A stretch of DNA of 64,000 bases, taken from the NCBI RefSeq assembly GCF_028641065.1, contig NC_073381.1, positions 19,406,001 to 19,470,000 on the forward strand. Direction: 5' to 3'. The DNA comes from Leucoraja erinacea (Eukaryota). Under the pieces are notes generated by a model that was given only the letters and a program-made list of their open reading frames with translations, was not told the origin of the DNA and made no database searches. How positions within the stretch are numbered: position 1 is the stretch's first letter; every line of letters starts with the position of its first letter. Below are positions 12,381 to 24,110 of this stretch, one piece after another. The position numbers and the translations under genes are program-made.

Positions 12381-12555
12381 AGATGTCTTGTCCAATATTT
12401 ATTTCTCAATCAACATCAGTTTAAAGCAGCACTAATATTGGAACAATTTTGGCATGCATTAATCATTATTTTGTTTAACACATTGCCTCAGCAACCACAT
12501 GTCAAAGATACTTAATTGGTTAAAAAGGTCCATGGAATTTTCTGAAAGAAAAATG

Positions 12556-12870
12556 TGAGGTGACACAGTGGTGCAGAGGTAGAGTTGCTGTCTTACAGCA
12601 CCAAAAGAGCTGGTTTGATCCTGACCACGGGTGCTGTCTGTACGGAGTTTGTACGTTCTCCCCGTGACATGCTTGGTCTTTCTCCGGGTGCTCTGGTTTC
12701 CTCCTGCACTCCAAAGACGTACAGGTTTGTAAGTTAATTGGCTTTGGTAAGATTGTTAATTATCTCTAGTGTGTGTCGGATAGTGTTAGTGTGCAGGGAT
12801 CGCTGGTCAGCATGGACTTGGTGGGATGAAGGGCCTGTTTCCTCGATGTATCTTTAAACTAAACTTAAAC
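12556..12870 (+). mobile_element. V-SINE (HE1-like)
   Basis: tRNA head gtggtgcagaggtagag...ggtttgatcctg, V domain gtttgtacgttctccccgtg, tail tgtatctttaaactaaac. Confidence 0.85.
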
Positions 12871-12924
12871 TACAATGAAAGGCACTATATAAATAAACAT
12901 CTTCCTGTTTGTTTTACTGCTCTG

Positions 12925-13235
12925 GGGGGTGACTTGTTGGAGTATATATGATTATGAGAGGCATAGATAGGTGGATGGTCAAAATATTTTTCCCATGGTA
13001 CAGGTATGAAAAACAAGAGTCCATAGTTTTAAGATGAAATGAAAAATAGGAGTTTTAAAAAAGACCTAAGGAGCAAGTACTTTTTTTTTCACACAGAGAG
13101 TGGTTGATATTTGGAACAGGCTGCCAGACATGGTTGTTGAATCAGACCCAATTACAATGCTTAAGAGACATTTATACAGACACTTAAACAGGCAAGGCAT
13201 AGAAACATAAGGTTCCAATGTGGGCAAATGGAACC
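12925..13235 (+). mobile_element. Old CR1 3' fragment
   Basis: GDLL.VY.IMRGIDRVD and FFTQRVVDIWN remnants. Confidence 0.7.
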
Positions 13236-13524
13236 AGAGGCACGAAAAGCAGCAAAACTCCATGACTCCATGCAATACGTTAACATTTTGAAGGTACAAT
13301 ATATTGAGCAACACAAATGTGGGATGAGTGACAACCATAAGATCATAATGGCTGGATTGTAATCATGTATTGTCTTTCTGCTGACTGGATAGCATGCAAC
13401 AAAAGCTTTTCACTGTACCTCAGTACATGTGACAATAAAATAAACTGTAATAATACTCAAGGACACATTAAATGATTAACAGTTGCCAGATTCTTACCAA
13501 ATTCATTCCAAAAGCAAGACTTAC

Positions 13525-13631
13525 CAACACTTCTGGTCCTCTCCAACGTCCCATCTCTTTCTCTTGGCCCATCATACTCTGTCAGTGCACTAGTGGAACC
13601 TTGGTGATCATGTAGAACAGGTGATTGGCAC
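13525..13631 (-). CDS. sipa1l2: SIPA1L2 coding exon (CQSPVLHDHQGSTSALTEYDGPRERDGTLERTRSV)
   Basis: Acceptor aattaaaag and donor G|gtaagt; 107 nt, phase 2-1. Joins the upstream exon to give GYDGCQSP, as in SIPA1L2. Confidence 0.88.
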
Positions 13632-14378
13632 CTTTTAATTACAAGCAGAATTACTTTTAATACCAACGCCAGGCATATTTATCAATTTTCTGTAGAGTGA
13701 TCACAACCTAAGAAAGATAAGCCTACGTGTATACACAGCCAATATTGATGTTGTCATTGCACTGCCCTTTGCAATGTTTTACATAGTGCTAGATTTACTA
13801 TTTGAGTGCAGCAAGATTAAATTTGTATTTACAAACATTTCATCACTTCATCAAAACTCCTGAAGACAATGCTTTCATTTTGTAGCAGTCATTTTATGTG
13901 TAGGCAAACACAGCACTCAACTTTCAAAGAACAAGCTCCAGAGATGAATCAGCTGACTGATTGCTGATGCAGTACTGGTTAAGGAATGAACAAAACACTG
14001 CATGAATTATTTCATGGCACTGAATAGGCAAGTAAAGTTTGAAGTGATCATTAATTGAGAGGTTGCGTTGACATAAATCTCTGCTATTGACTGATAATGT
14101 CTTCTGAATTCAAAACCTAAGTAAAACTCTAGTTATTCATCCTCAGGAGATGTTATCATTGATTACCCCGCACAACAACAGAGAGCAGAGTTCAAAAGTA
14201 ATGCTTTGGCTGTGAAATGCTTTGGGAATTTGTGGTCAATATTAAAGCATGTTGTCCTTCTTTAGTGAATTATACTACTCCTCTCCCTGACAAAAATGAA
14301 TTTCTCAGTGTAAGCTAAAATGGTTGATGCAAACGTACAGCACACATTAACCAAATACAAAGAGCTCAGTCAGAACTT

Positions 14379-14695
14379 CGGGCGGTATAGTGGTGAAATT
14401 GTACAGTGATGGAACGTGCCAGAGACTGGATTCAATCTTGACCTCAAGTGCTGTTTGTGTAGAATTTGCAGGCTCTCTCTGTTACTGTGTGGCTTTCCTT
14501 CTGGTGCTCTGGTCTTCTCCCACATACCAAAAAACTGTGGTTGATAGTTGAATGGCTACAGAAATTGCCCCGGGTATGTGGGTGAGTATTGAGTCAGAGG
14601 AGAGTTGATGGAAAAGAAGGAGCATAAAATGGGGACTGATGATTTGGAATGGACTTATTGGGTTGAAGAACCTGCTTTCTGCTGTATTTCTCTGA
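14379..14695 (+). mobile_element. Degenerate V-SINE
   Basis: ggattcaatcttgacctc...tgtgtagaatttgca...ctcccacatacca, similar to the copy at 12556. Confidence 0.65.
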
Positions 14696-14772
14696 GATCA
14701 TCTCCTCATGAACAAATTACAATGCTTTCAAAATAGTCATTGCATGCTCTAAAGGATTCCGTAATTATAATA

Positions 14773-14924
14773 TGTAAGAAGAAACTGCTGCTGCTGGTTT
14801 AAACTGTAGACACAAAAAGCTGGTGTAGCTCAGTGGGACAGGCAGCATCTCTGGTGAGGAATAGGTGACGTTTTGGAAGAAGTCTGAAGAAGGGTCTCGA
14901 CCCGAAACGTCACCCATTCCTCCT
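14773..14924. mobile_element. Penelope-derived fold-back element with an intact hammerhead core on +
   Basis: 11-bp TSD taattataata (14762-14772 and 14925-14935); CTGAAGA (14884-14890), aGGGTCtcGACCC, GAAAC GTC (14904-14911). Confidence 0.8.
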
Positions 14925-15379
14925 TAATTATAATAACCTATTGGAAAGTGGCAAATTAGAAATTACAAAATGGCATTTAGTACAAATCACACTTCAATCA
15001 GATTAACAGTAAAGGATTGTTCTTTCAACTTAAATGCAAAGTAAAGCTTATGTTTACTTATCTACCTCCAAGGAGCACAGAAATCTCTTGCATTCTCCAG
15101 AAATCAATCGAAAAAACATCTTGCCCATCTCTGAAAAATGCTCAATAATTTTTTTCTCCAATTTCCCACAGTTAAGTAGTAAACTCATTTCCTACATTTA
15201 CACAACACAGTCATGTTCCACATATAGATCAATTGGTCGCAGTAGACACCAGATCAATTTAAACTAAACAGCAAATTAAAATAAAAGAAGTAGGTTGAAA
15301 GAAAGTCTTTCAAAAGTGTATAGTGATGACAATGTGTAAAACTTGAAGCACGTGCTCTAAACTGACAAGTGATGCGGTG

Positions 15380-15690
15380 ATGGGGAGTGCTACATTGTCA
15401 GAGGAGTGCTGCTTTGTGAGAGATGCTGGTTCTTGGGTGAGATGTTAAACTGAGATCCCATCTGTCTGTAATAACTCCCATTGTACTAGTTGAACAAGGG
15501 ATGGGTAATTGTCCCTTGTGGTCTGGTAATATCTAATTTATACTAGAATTGATTATCTTGTCAAGCTTGTCCACGGGAGTGAGTGCTGCATCTCTTATAT
15601 TAAACCAATGAATACAATTCAAAAGTACGTGAAGAGCATTGGGATAGTCAGAGGTCTTGAAAGGTATTATAAAAATGCAGCTTTTTGGAG
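15380..15690 (+). mobile_element. Old Deu-domain SINE remnant
   Basis: gagtgctacattgtcagagg, gagatgttaaactgag and gaaaggtattataaaaatgcag-type segments. Confidence 0.55.
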
Positions 15691-16732
15691 CATTCTAATA
15701 TTCCTAATAAAGTAAATCTGTCTCACTTTGAATGGTCAAATATAAAATATGTCCTGTAACATTAGATTATATCATCAAGAACATTTAATCACATGTATCT
15801 GCTATAAAAACACTTGAAGACCATGAAATAATCTAAACATTATGAAAATATTTACTTCGGTCTCAAAAAATAAATCAACTAGCGTTTTCTGTGTTTTTAA
15901 ATATCTTGTGATTAGCTTGATTTGAGACGTTGTACACTTTGTGTATCCTTTTGAAGCCTGCTGACAAAAGTCCCTGGCCCAAGAAAGGAATTTTATTAGG
16001 AATTAGGAAGAAATGGCACATAGAATGCTACCCTCGCTTCATCATAGATTCATGGTTATCCAGCACGGATATGCCGACCAATGTCAACTTTATACAAAAT
16101 TCCGTCTTGATACAGGCCAAGCCCAAATTGTGACCGTCTGATTTATGGACACCCATAGTCACAAACGAGCTCACATAATATTATTAAATTTCATAAGTCT
16201 GACATTGGTACATACATTAATTCCAACAAATAGCAGAAGTATTCTCTCTCTGCACTTTTAGTCTTTCTTATTCATCTTATGTGCTTTTGATGCAATTCAT
16301 TACAATACTGTAAAGGTATGGTTACAAGTGAGTAATTTCTGTGTATCTTCTAACATGAACAAATTGACTTATGGACATCTGTAAAGCCAGAACCTGTTCA
16401 TTACTCTGGAACAACCAGTATATATTTGATTTAGTTTGTTACAGTATAACAAATAATTTTAAAGTGATGCAGTTTGAACATTTCCTCAAAAGCATCTGCA
16501 GAGAGTGTATAATATACATCTACCAGCTAGTTATTGAAAACTGTACCCATTTAATTTTAAGTGGATTGCCTTGTTTGTTAAAATACCCTTTCTTGGCTGG
16601 TAGCATTGCCAGAGCTGAAGCAATATTTGAGACCCTCCGCATGCATCTCTAAGTTATTATGGTAGAATCTGTGGAGCGTTCAGGAGACCAAACTCAGCTT
16701 TCTGTAAATACAAGTCGAAAGTAATTGCATAC

Positions 16733-16885
16733 CCATCATATCCAGATTGTTGCCTCCAATGACTACTGCCACTCGGCCCCGGATCACTGGAAGATGACTG
16801 GTTGCTGGGAGAGCTTCTGTAATGTTGACTGGAATCACCAACATTGGATTGCGAGAGCTGAGCATTTTCTACATCTTGCATAGAT
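16733..16885 (-). CDS. sipa1l2: SIPA1L2 coding exon (SMQDVENAQLSQSNVGDSSQHYRSSPSNQSSSSDPGPSGSSHWRQQSGYDG); the acceptor may alternatively be at 16816
   Basis: Acceptor ttttcctcttgcacacag and donor GG|gtatgc; 153 nt, phase 2-2. SSPSNQSSSSDPGP...GYDG matches SIPA1L2. Confidence 0.88.
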
Positions 16886-18094
16886 CTGTGTGCAAGAGGA
16901 AAACAAATGCTTTCAGTGTTGGGTGAAAAGAACGCTTGTTTGAAGATGCAACTCAGTGACTATTATGCACAAATCAATGTTCTTAATTTAAAGATAATTA
17001 TATTACATTATACATTAAATAAATTTACACCACCAAATTGGCCATTCAGCCGACTTGACGATGAAAGTATTATTTATGATCCACACAAACCTTTTCATCT
17101 CGTCTTTCCGTACCAAACTATGCTTTTGTGACTTAAAACAAATGTTATTTTTCTCTTTCTGCCATTATTTGCCACCAGTATCATCCATTCCTTCCAACTT
17201 CATCAGCTCCCTATACCACCGAAAACCTAAACTGATACATTTTACAGCAGCTGATACAACGCAGTACACAAATGGTTAATTAGAAAGTGAAGAAAGACCA
17301 TACTGGTTTGTTTGTCCTAGATTTTTACAGAATGGCCAAAGTCATATGGTGGCCTGTCACTGAGTGTTTGGTTGACGATAACAACGTATGTCACTTTGTG
17401 TGCAGGATGTTTAACCTGGAACAAGAGCACTAATGTAAAAGGGATGATTATATTAATATTTAAGGGAAGATGCATGACCAGCAAAGCTGCTGCACTGAGA
17501 GACCAGTACAAACCAGCATTAAAATGTCCCACTGTTCAATGTGGAAATTCTGCCTGTTGACCATGTTACGTTTGAAGAATCATGGGGCAGAGAAGAGTTA
17601 TGCAGTGATGAGTCTGGAATTTTCAGAATGACCTTAAGGAGCTTTGAGTTATGGATGCTTTCAGAATGCTTATAGAGGGGCTGATGGAGATGAAAGTCTC
17701 TCTTACGGCAAAGGGAGAACTTTGGATAGTGATAAGCTGTTCGTTCAGTCCAACAAAGGTCCACGGTAGCTTACAGCCCACCACGTGACTGGGATAGGAA
17801 GAAGGCTCCAGTCTGAGGTGGCAAAGGTAGTGTTGAGTCTTCAAGGTAGCAGAGGAAGGGGTTGGGATTGATCTCTAGGCAAGTAGATGTATCCCATTGT
17901 GTAAAGAAATATAAGATGAATGGTGTTCATGCAAGATTCCTTGAAGTTAGAGGAAGGTACATGCGTCACACCAGCCCACCAACCTGGATCTAATTGCATG
18001 GTGATCATGTGATTTGGGATTGGGAGGGGCAAAGTGAATAGCCATTGATATCTGTGGAGCTTTCCCGTTTCTGGATACCCTGCATCATTCGTCA

Positions 18095-18393
18095 CAGAAA
18101 CATAGAAAATAGGTGCAGGAGGAGGCCATTCGGCCCTTCGAGCCAGCACCGCCATTCATTGTGATCATGGCTGATCGTCCCAAATCAATAATTCGTGCCT
18201 GCCTTCTCCCAATATCCCTTGATTCCACTGGCCCCTAGAGCTCTATCTAACTCTCTCTTAAACCCATCCAGTGATTTGGCCTCCACTGCCCTCTGTGGCA
18301 GGGAATTCCACAAATCCACAACTCTGGGTGAAAACAATTTTTCTCACTTCGGTCTTAAATGGCCTCCCCTTTATTCTAAGTGTGCCCCCTGGT
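18095..18393 (-). mobile_element. CR1 3' end, same or sister family as 9601-10636
   Basis: agaaacatagaaaataggtgcaggaggaggccattcggcccttcgagcc is the reverse complement of the 10570-10630 tail. Confidence 0.9.
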
Positions 18394-19959
18394 TAGTATT
18401 AGTACCACAGTGTCCCTCATGCACTTTGGAAAGGATAAAAATCTGGTTCTTGAAACTGGTCGGGGTGGTTAAACAGATTGAGCTCACACCTATGGCTTCA
18501 CTGGGCAGTGGACTGGGCTACTATGCTCAGCAGTTACTGAACCACATTCCAGGGAGAGAACCAATGTAGTTAAGAGAGCACGTATATTAAGACAGCGATA
18601 AAAAAGTAAAAAACATTGTCTTCCAGAAAAAATATTTAACCAGTACTATCACTTCCAAATACATTCTAAAATGAACTAAAATGAAAATGCAATGAACTGA
18701 AGCAACTTCAGTTGGAACAGATATCACCTCATTAATAAAAATGTACCTTGTGAAGACAAAAGATGGACGATATTCCCTTGATCAAAACTAATGCTAAACT
18801 GCGACCTTTTAAAGTACAAAGAAAATATCTGAAGCATAATCAACAAACTGACAATGAAACTGTCCTTCTTGTTTTATACAGATTGATCTATATAATAGTA
18901 GAAAGAAAAGGTCTCAAGGCTGTTAGTGCAGTCTACGAACAATTAGGTCACATATAAAATGTTTAATACACATCCGCGCATTTGATTAAAATAAGAAAAT
19001 AATGACAATGTGAGCGGGGAGAAAATGCATCGTTCGACGCTGGATAATGTGCACACCTGCACTTGCTCCACGACTGATCTCAAAGCAGGGTTTAGTGTAC
19101 AAAAATATTCCTTCTACACATATATGATGAGAGGAGAGAGTTTAATTTTGACTACGTTATCCTCTATAAGTCTCCCTTCCTCTGCACCCCACTACACAGA
19201 ATGGTCATCCGGCACAGAGTCAGCTTCAGTATAGGTCTGGCTGAGGAATGGGTGATCTTCTGATGCTCAGGATGCATCTTTCACCAATTCTTTTGCTCCT
19301 TCCCAATGCAAATGCAGCCATTAACACTATAGAAAGACCATTCATCTTGTCATTTGCCTTTCTCAAAACATTGGATGATGCTACAATCCATGATTAAAAG
19401 TATTTTCTACACAATATTACCTGTGGCCCAGTCAGAAAACCGTGGGCTCGAGTTCCACACCAGAGATCCCTGAGCAATATTTAAGAGTCCCACACTCTCA
19501 GAAATATCATGTTTTGGTCCTCGTTCAGTTAAAAATAAAATTTCCCATTGCAGCATTTTGTACAGGCCTGGTCAATACTTGAAATCATGATTACAGAGAA
19601 CAGATTATCTGATCATTGTCAGTGCTGACTTCCAAAGCAAGTGCAGATTTATCTTGTGTGAATCACCTAGAGGGATAGATAGATAGAACACACATAGAAG
19701 AGTTCGGCAATGCAAATGCCACCCTCTACTTGGGGAGAAGGGTTGGGGGCCAGTGGCGAAGGAGAACCGAATAAACCCAGCCTGCACAACTGCTGAAAAA
19801 CTGACAATCCTTTAAGTTATTTCCATTTATTTATCTGGCTGTCCAAAAGTTTGAAAGCGGCAGATGCTTCTGACTTCCAGAAATATCTAATAAACTCTAT
19901 TCAAACAATTAAAAATCAATTATAATTAATTAAAATTAAGAAAAATGCAAATTTATCAT

Positions 19960-20700
19960 CAAGATGGAAAGAGAGCAGAGAAGATTTACAGGACTTGAGG
20001 GCCTGAGCTATAGGGTAAGATTGGGGAAGCTAAGATCTTCATCCTCAGAGCACAGGTAAAGACTCTGGGGTGATCTTATAGAGGTGTATAAAATGATGAG
20101 GAAGATAGATTGAGTGAATGTCCAGGGGAAGAGAATCAAGAACCAGAGGACATAGGTTTAAGGTAAGAGGGGAAAGATTTAATAGGAACCATAGGGGCAA
20201 CTTTTTCACTCAGAGTGTGGTGGGTATATGGAATAAGTTTCCAGAGGAGGTAGTTGAAGCTGGTACAATAAAAACATTTAAAAGACTCTTGGGCTCGAAC
20301 ATGAATAGCAAAGGACGACAGGTAGCACAATGGGCTAAGAGTTCGGCTGGCGACCGGAAGGTAGCCGGTTCAAATCCCGCTTGGAGTGCATACTGTCGTT
20401 GTGTCCTTGGGCAAGACACTTCACCCACCTTTGCCTGTAATGGAATGTTACGGCGGGCAGGCGCGGGCACACCACGACGCCCTGTGTCTCCCTTTCAAGG
20501 GAGATGCTAAAAATGCATTTCGTTGTCTCTGTACTGTACACTGACAATGACAATAAATTGAATCATTTCATTTTTTCATTTTTTTTTCATTAGAGGAATA
20601 TGGGCGAAATTCAGACTAATAAAACAAGCTGACATAGGACATTTTGTTCAGCATGGAAGAGTTGGGCTGAAGGGCCTGTTTCCATGCTTTCTGACTATCT
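19960..20700 (+). mobile_element. Old CR1 3' fragment interrupted by a SINE
   Basis: RTRGHRFKVRGERF...NFFTQSVVGIWN; the 3' UTR resumes at about 20591. Confidence 0.8.
20313..20591 (+). mobile_element. Well-preserved tRNA-derived SINE with CORE-like centre and Rex1-like tail
   Basis: A box TAGCACAATGG (20323), B box GGTTCAAATCC (20367), tgtgtccttgggcaagacactt, tail atttcgttgtctctgta...gacaataaa plus tttcatt repeats. Confidence 0.8.
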
Positions 20701-22269
20701 AAGTAAACTAAAAATCATTGTGAATTTTAAAAATCATCTAAATTAATTCATCATTATAATGCCTTCCACTACTCATTCTGTTTCATTGAAATGTATAGGT
20801 TCTGTCAAGTCCAACCTGTCATATCATCTCAAGTGGTGGAAAATTGCCTCTCTCTTCTGAATGAGCGTCAGATCACTCAGCAAAACCACAGAACAAGCTG
20901 AATTGCAACAATTGGACATCCACAACTGCGTAATTATTTCTAAGTTGTTGCTGGTTGCTTGGACAAACATCAGCAGTGAAGACGAGAGCACTGGACGCTT
21001 CCATACAAAATCTGGGAAATCATAGTTTGTGGAGATTGTTCTGGCCAAATTGGTTGTTGAATTTCACAACATTAAGTATAAGTTTAAAATGACTCAATTG
21101 ACAGTAAATACCTTGGGACAGATCGAGATTGTGAAATGTGTTATAGAAATGGAAGTCTTTTCTTTAATACACTACAAACAATTCAGTTTAAAATGTTGAC
21201 ACGATTTCTCGAATATATTAGGTGCAGGTAATGTATAAGTGAAATGTATGTGAAATGTTAAGACAATCAGGATCCATGTATGATTTTGGTGTCAATTTTA
21301 TTACCAAAGTATTACTGTGGCTATGAAAGACCGATTTATCTTGCTGCCTAGCTTGCTATTTCAATTATATATGTTTTGTCATATACAAATATCTGTAATA
21401 GATAATTTAAGAAATACAGCAGACAATTCTGAAATTAGATATGTGCAGGTAATAGTTGGTTGATTTGTACATTGCATTTCTGCAAGCATTTCATGAACAC
21501 AATTAGATTTCCTCACCTCCAAATGAAACCGATATTCCACACCTGCCTTGCAGCAGATGGTCTAATCCTATTAATAGAAAAAGTAAATTGCATCTCTCTG
21601 TATCGCTGATCAGACAAATCCAGAATCCCAATATGAAATCTGACACACAATACTTAAGGCTAGAGACCTCTGGAGTGCTGATAGCCCTAGAGGACTGGTG
21701 TTACCCAGATCACTGAAGGAACTTTCAAGGTCAAAAGAGGAATGAATGATTAAAGTGGTCTATTTATTATTACTTCGATCTTGTAAACCATCGCTGTTGT
21801 CAGTGAGTGACTAATCCTTACGGTTGAAGGTGTGTTTGAATGTGTTATTGACTATTTTTTTGAAATTCTCCACCTGTGTCTATTTTAGATAATTATGGCA
21901 CCGTGGAGAGACACTGACTACAAAAGGCTTACGCTTATATAATGCATTTTATTATCTAATGCTTGCAAAACACTCCCAAACACTGAACACTTTTTAAGTG
22001 AATCTACACTGTGTGAAGCACAAAAGCCAATTCTCACATAGCCAGATCCCAAATACCATAATTATTAAGCAGTGATTTTGGATGAGGAACAAATAAGACA
22101 ATTTGAACATGAGAACTGAAAGGAAGTGGGCCATTTGTAGTGGACTCTTTGAACCTGTTCGATGTCATGGGGCATATAAGGGTTGATAAATCCCCAGAGC
22201 CTGATGAGATCTATCCTTGGATGCTATGGGAAGGGAGGGGAGAGATAGATGTGACCCTGATAGAGATTG

Positions 22270-22448
22270 TGTAGGAAGAACCTGCAGATGCTGATTTACA
22301 CTGAAGATAGACACAAAATGCTGGACAGGCAGCATCTCTGGATAGAAGAAATGGGTGACATTTTGGGTCAAGACCCTTCTTCAGACTGAGAGTCAAGGGA
22401 GAGGGAGACACAGAGATAAGGACGGGTAAGGTGAAAACAAGACATCAA
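22270..22448 (-). mobile_element. Penelope-derived short element
   Basis: tgtaggaagaacctgcagatgctg...gggtcaagacccttcttcagactga followed by a purine-rich UTR-like stretch. Confidence 0.75.
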
Positions 22449-22759
22449 GTGATGCTTTTTCATTAATCACAAGAGAAGGTGCCAAAAAGATTAGAGGATA
22501 CCTAACGTTGGTTCCCTTTATTTAAGCTGGGCAGTAGGAATAAGTCAGGTAATTAGAAGCCAGTGAGCCTTGCATCAGTGGGAGGAAAAGTATTGGCGAG
22601 AATCCTAAGGGACAAGAATTATATACATTTTAAAGATAGGGTGGTAGTTAAACTGTAAGGCATTTGACAAGATCCTGCATAAAAGGCTGGTCCAGATGGC
22701 TATGGCATTTCGTATCCAAGGCAAGCTGGCTAATTGGATCCAAAATTGGCTTAGTGATA

Positions 22760-22929
22760 AGATTCAATTCAAGATTCAAGATTCAAGAGAGTTTATTGTC
22801 ATGTGTCCCAGATAGGACAATGAAATTCTATGCTTTGCTTCAGCACAAATTCTTGTTTTGCTTCAGCACAACAGAATATTGCAGGCATCAATAAATACAG
22901 AACAGATCAGATCAGTATGTCCATATACC

Positions 22930-22990
<61 letters not shown>

Positions 22991-24110
22991 ACACACACAT
23001 AAATAAGCATTTAAAGTGCAACAGGTTAATTAAAGTTCAGTTGAGTTGAGTTTAATAGTCTGATGGCTGTGGGGAAGTAGCTATTCCTGAACCTGGTTGT
23101 TGCAGATTTCAGGCTCCTGTACCTTCTACCTGAAGGCAGCGGAGAGATGAGTGTGTGCAGCCAAGATAGTGTGGGTCCTTGAAGATGCTGCCAGCCTTTT
23201 TGAGGCAACGACTGTGGTAGATCCCCTCGATTGTAGGGAGGTCAGAGCCAATGATAGACTGGGCAGTGTTTACAAGCTTTTGCAGCCTTTTCCGCTCCTG
23301 GGCGCACAAGTTGCTGAACCAAGCCACGATGCAACCGGTCAGCACGCTCTCTACTGTGCACCTGTAGAAGTTTGAGAGAGTCCTCCTCGACATACCGACT
23401 CTCCGTAATCTTCTCAGGAAGTAGAGGCGCTGATGTGCTTTCTTTATAATTGCATCAGTGTTCTGGGACCAGGAGAGATCTTTGGAAATATGCATGCCCA
23501 GGAATTTGAAGCTCTTGACCCTTTCCACCATTGACCCATTGATATAAACGGGACTGTGGGTCCCCATCCTACACCTTCCAAAGTCCACAATCAATTCCTT
23601 GGTTTTGCTGGTGTTGAGGGCCAGGTTATCGTGCTGGCACCATTTGGTCAGTAGGTCGATCTCACTTCTATACTCCGACTCGTCGCCATCAGTGAAACGT
23701 CCCACAACAGTGGTGTCGTCGGCGAACTTGATGATGGAGTTTGCCCTATGACCAGCTACGCAGTCATGAGTATAGAGTGATTACAGCCGGGGGCGGAGCA
23801 CACAGCGTTGAGGTGCTCCCGTGCTAATTTTTATCGCGGCTGACACATTTCCACCAATACGAACAGACTGTGGTCTGTGAATGTGGAAGTCGAGGATCCA
23901 ATTACAGAGGGGCGCGCAGAGACCCAATTCTGAGAGCTTGGTAACCAGAGGGAATGATTGTATTAAATGCCGAGCTGTAGTCGATGAATAACAGCCAGAC
24001 ATATGAGTTTTTGTTGTCCAGGTGGTCCAGAGCGCAGTGGAGAGCCAGCGAGATTGCATCCACCGTTGATCTGTTGTGGCGGTAAGTGAACTGCAGTGGG
24101 TCCAGGTCTA
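22760..24110 (-). mobile_element. Rex1/Babar LINE, 5'-truncated
   Basis: [56 protein letters not shown]; repeat tail at 22760-22790. Confidence 0.92.
22935..23000. repeat. (TA)n/(CA)n microsatellite in the Rex1 3' UTR
   Basis: About 23 AT units followed by AC units. Confidence 0.95.

Noticed and set aside
17519-17880. Extra SIPA1L2 exon on the minus strand
   Set aside because: All frames hit stops, there is no resemblance to SIPA1L proteins, and fragments (YR.P, .DF.LH) look more like a decayed LINE endonuclease.
20313-20385. Functional tRNA-Ala(GGC) gene
   Set aside because: No convincing acceptor stem or oligo-T terminator; it runs into a SINE body and tail and is inserted in a CR1.
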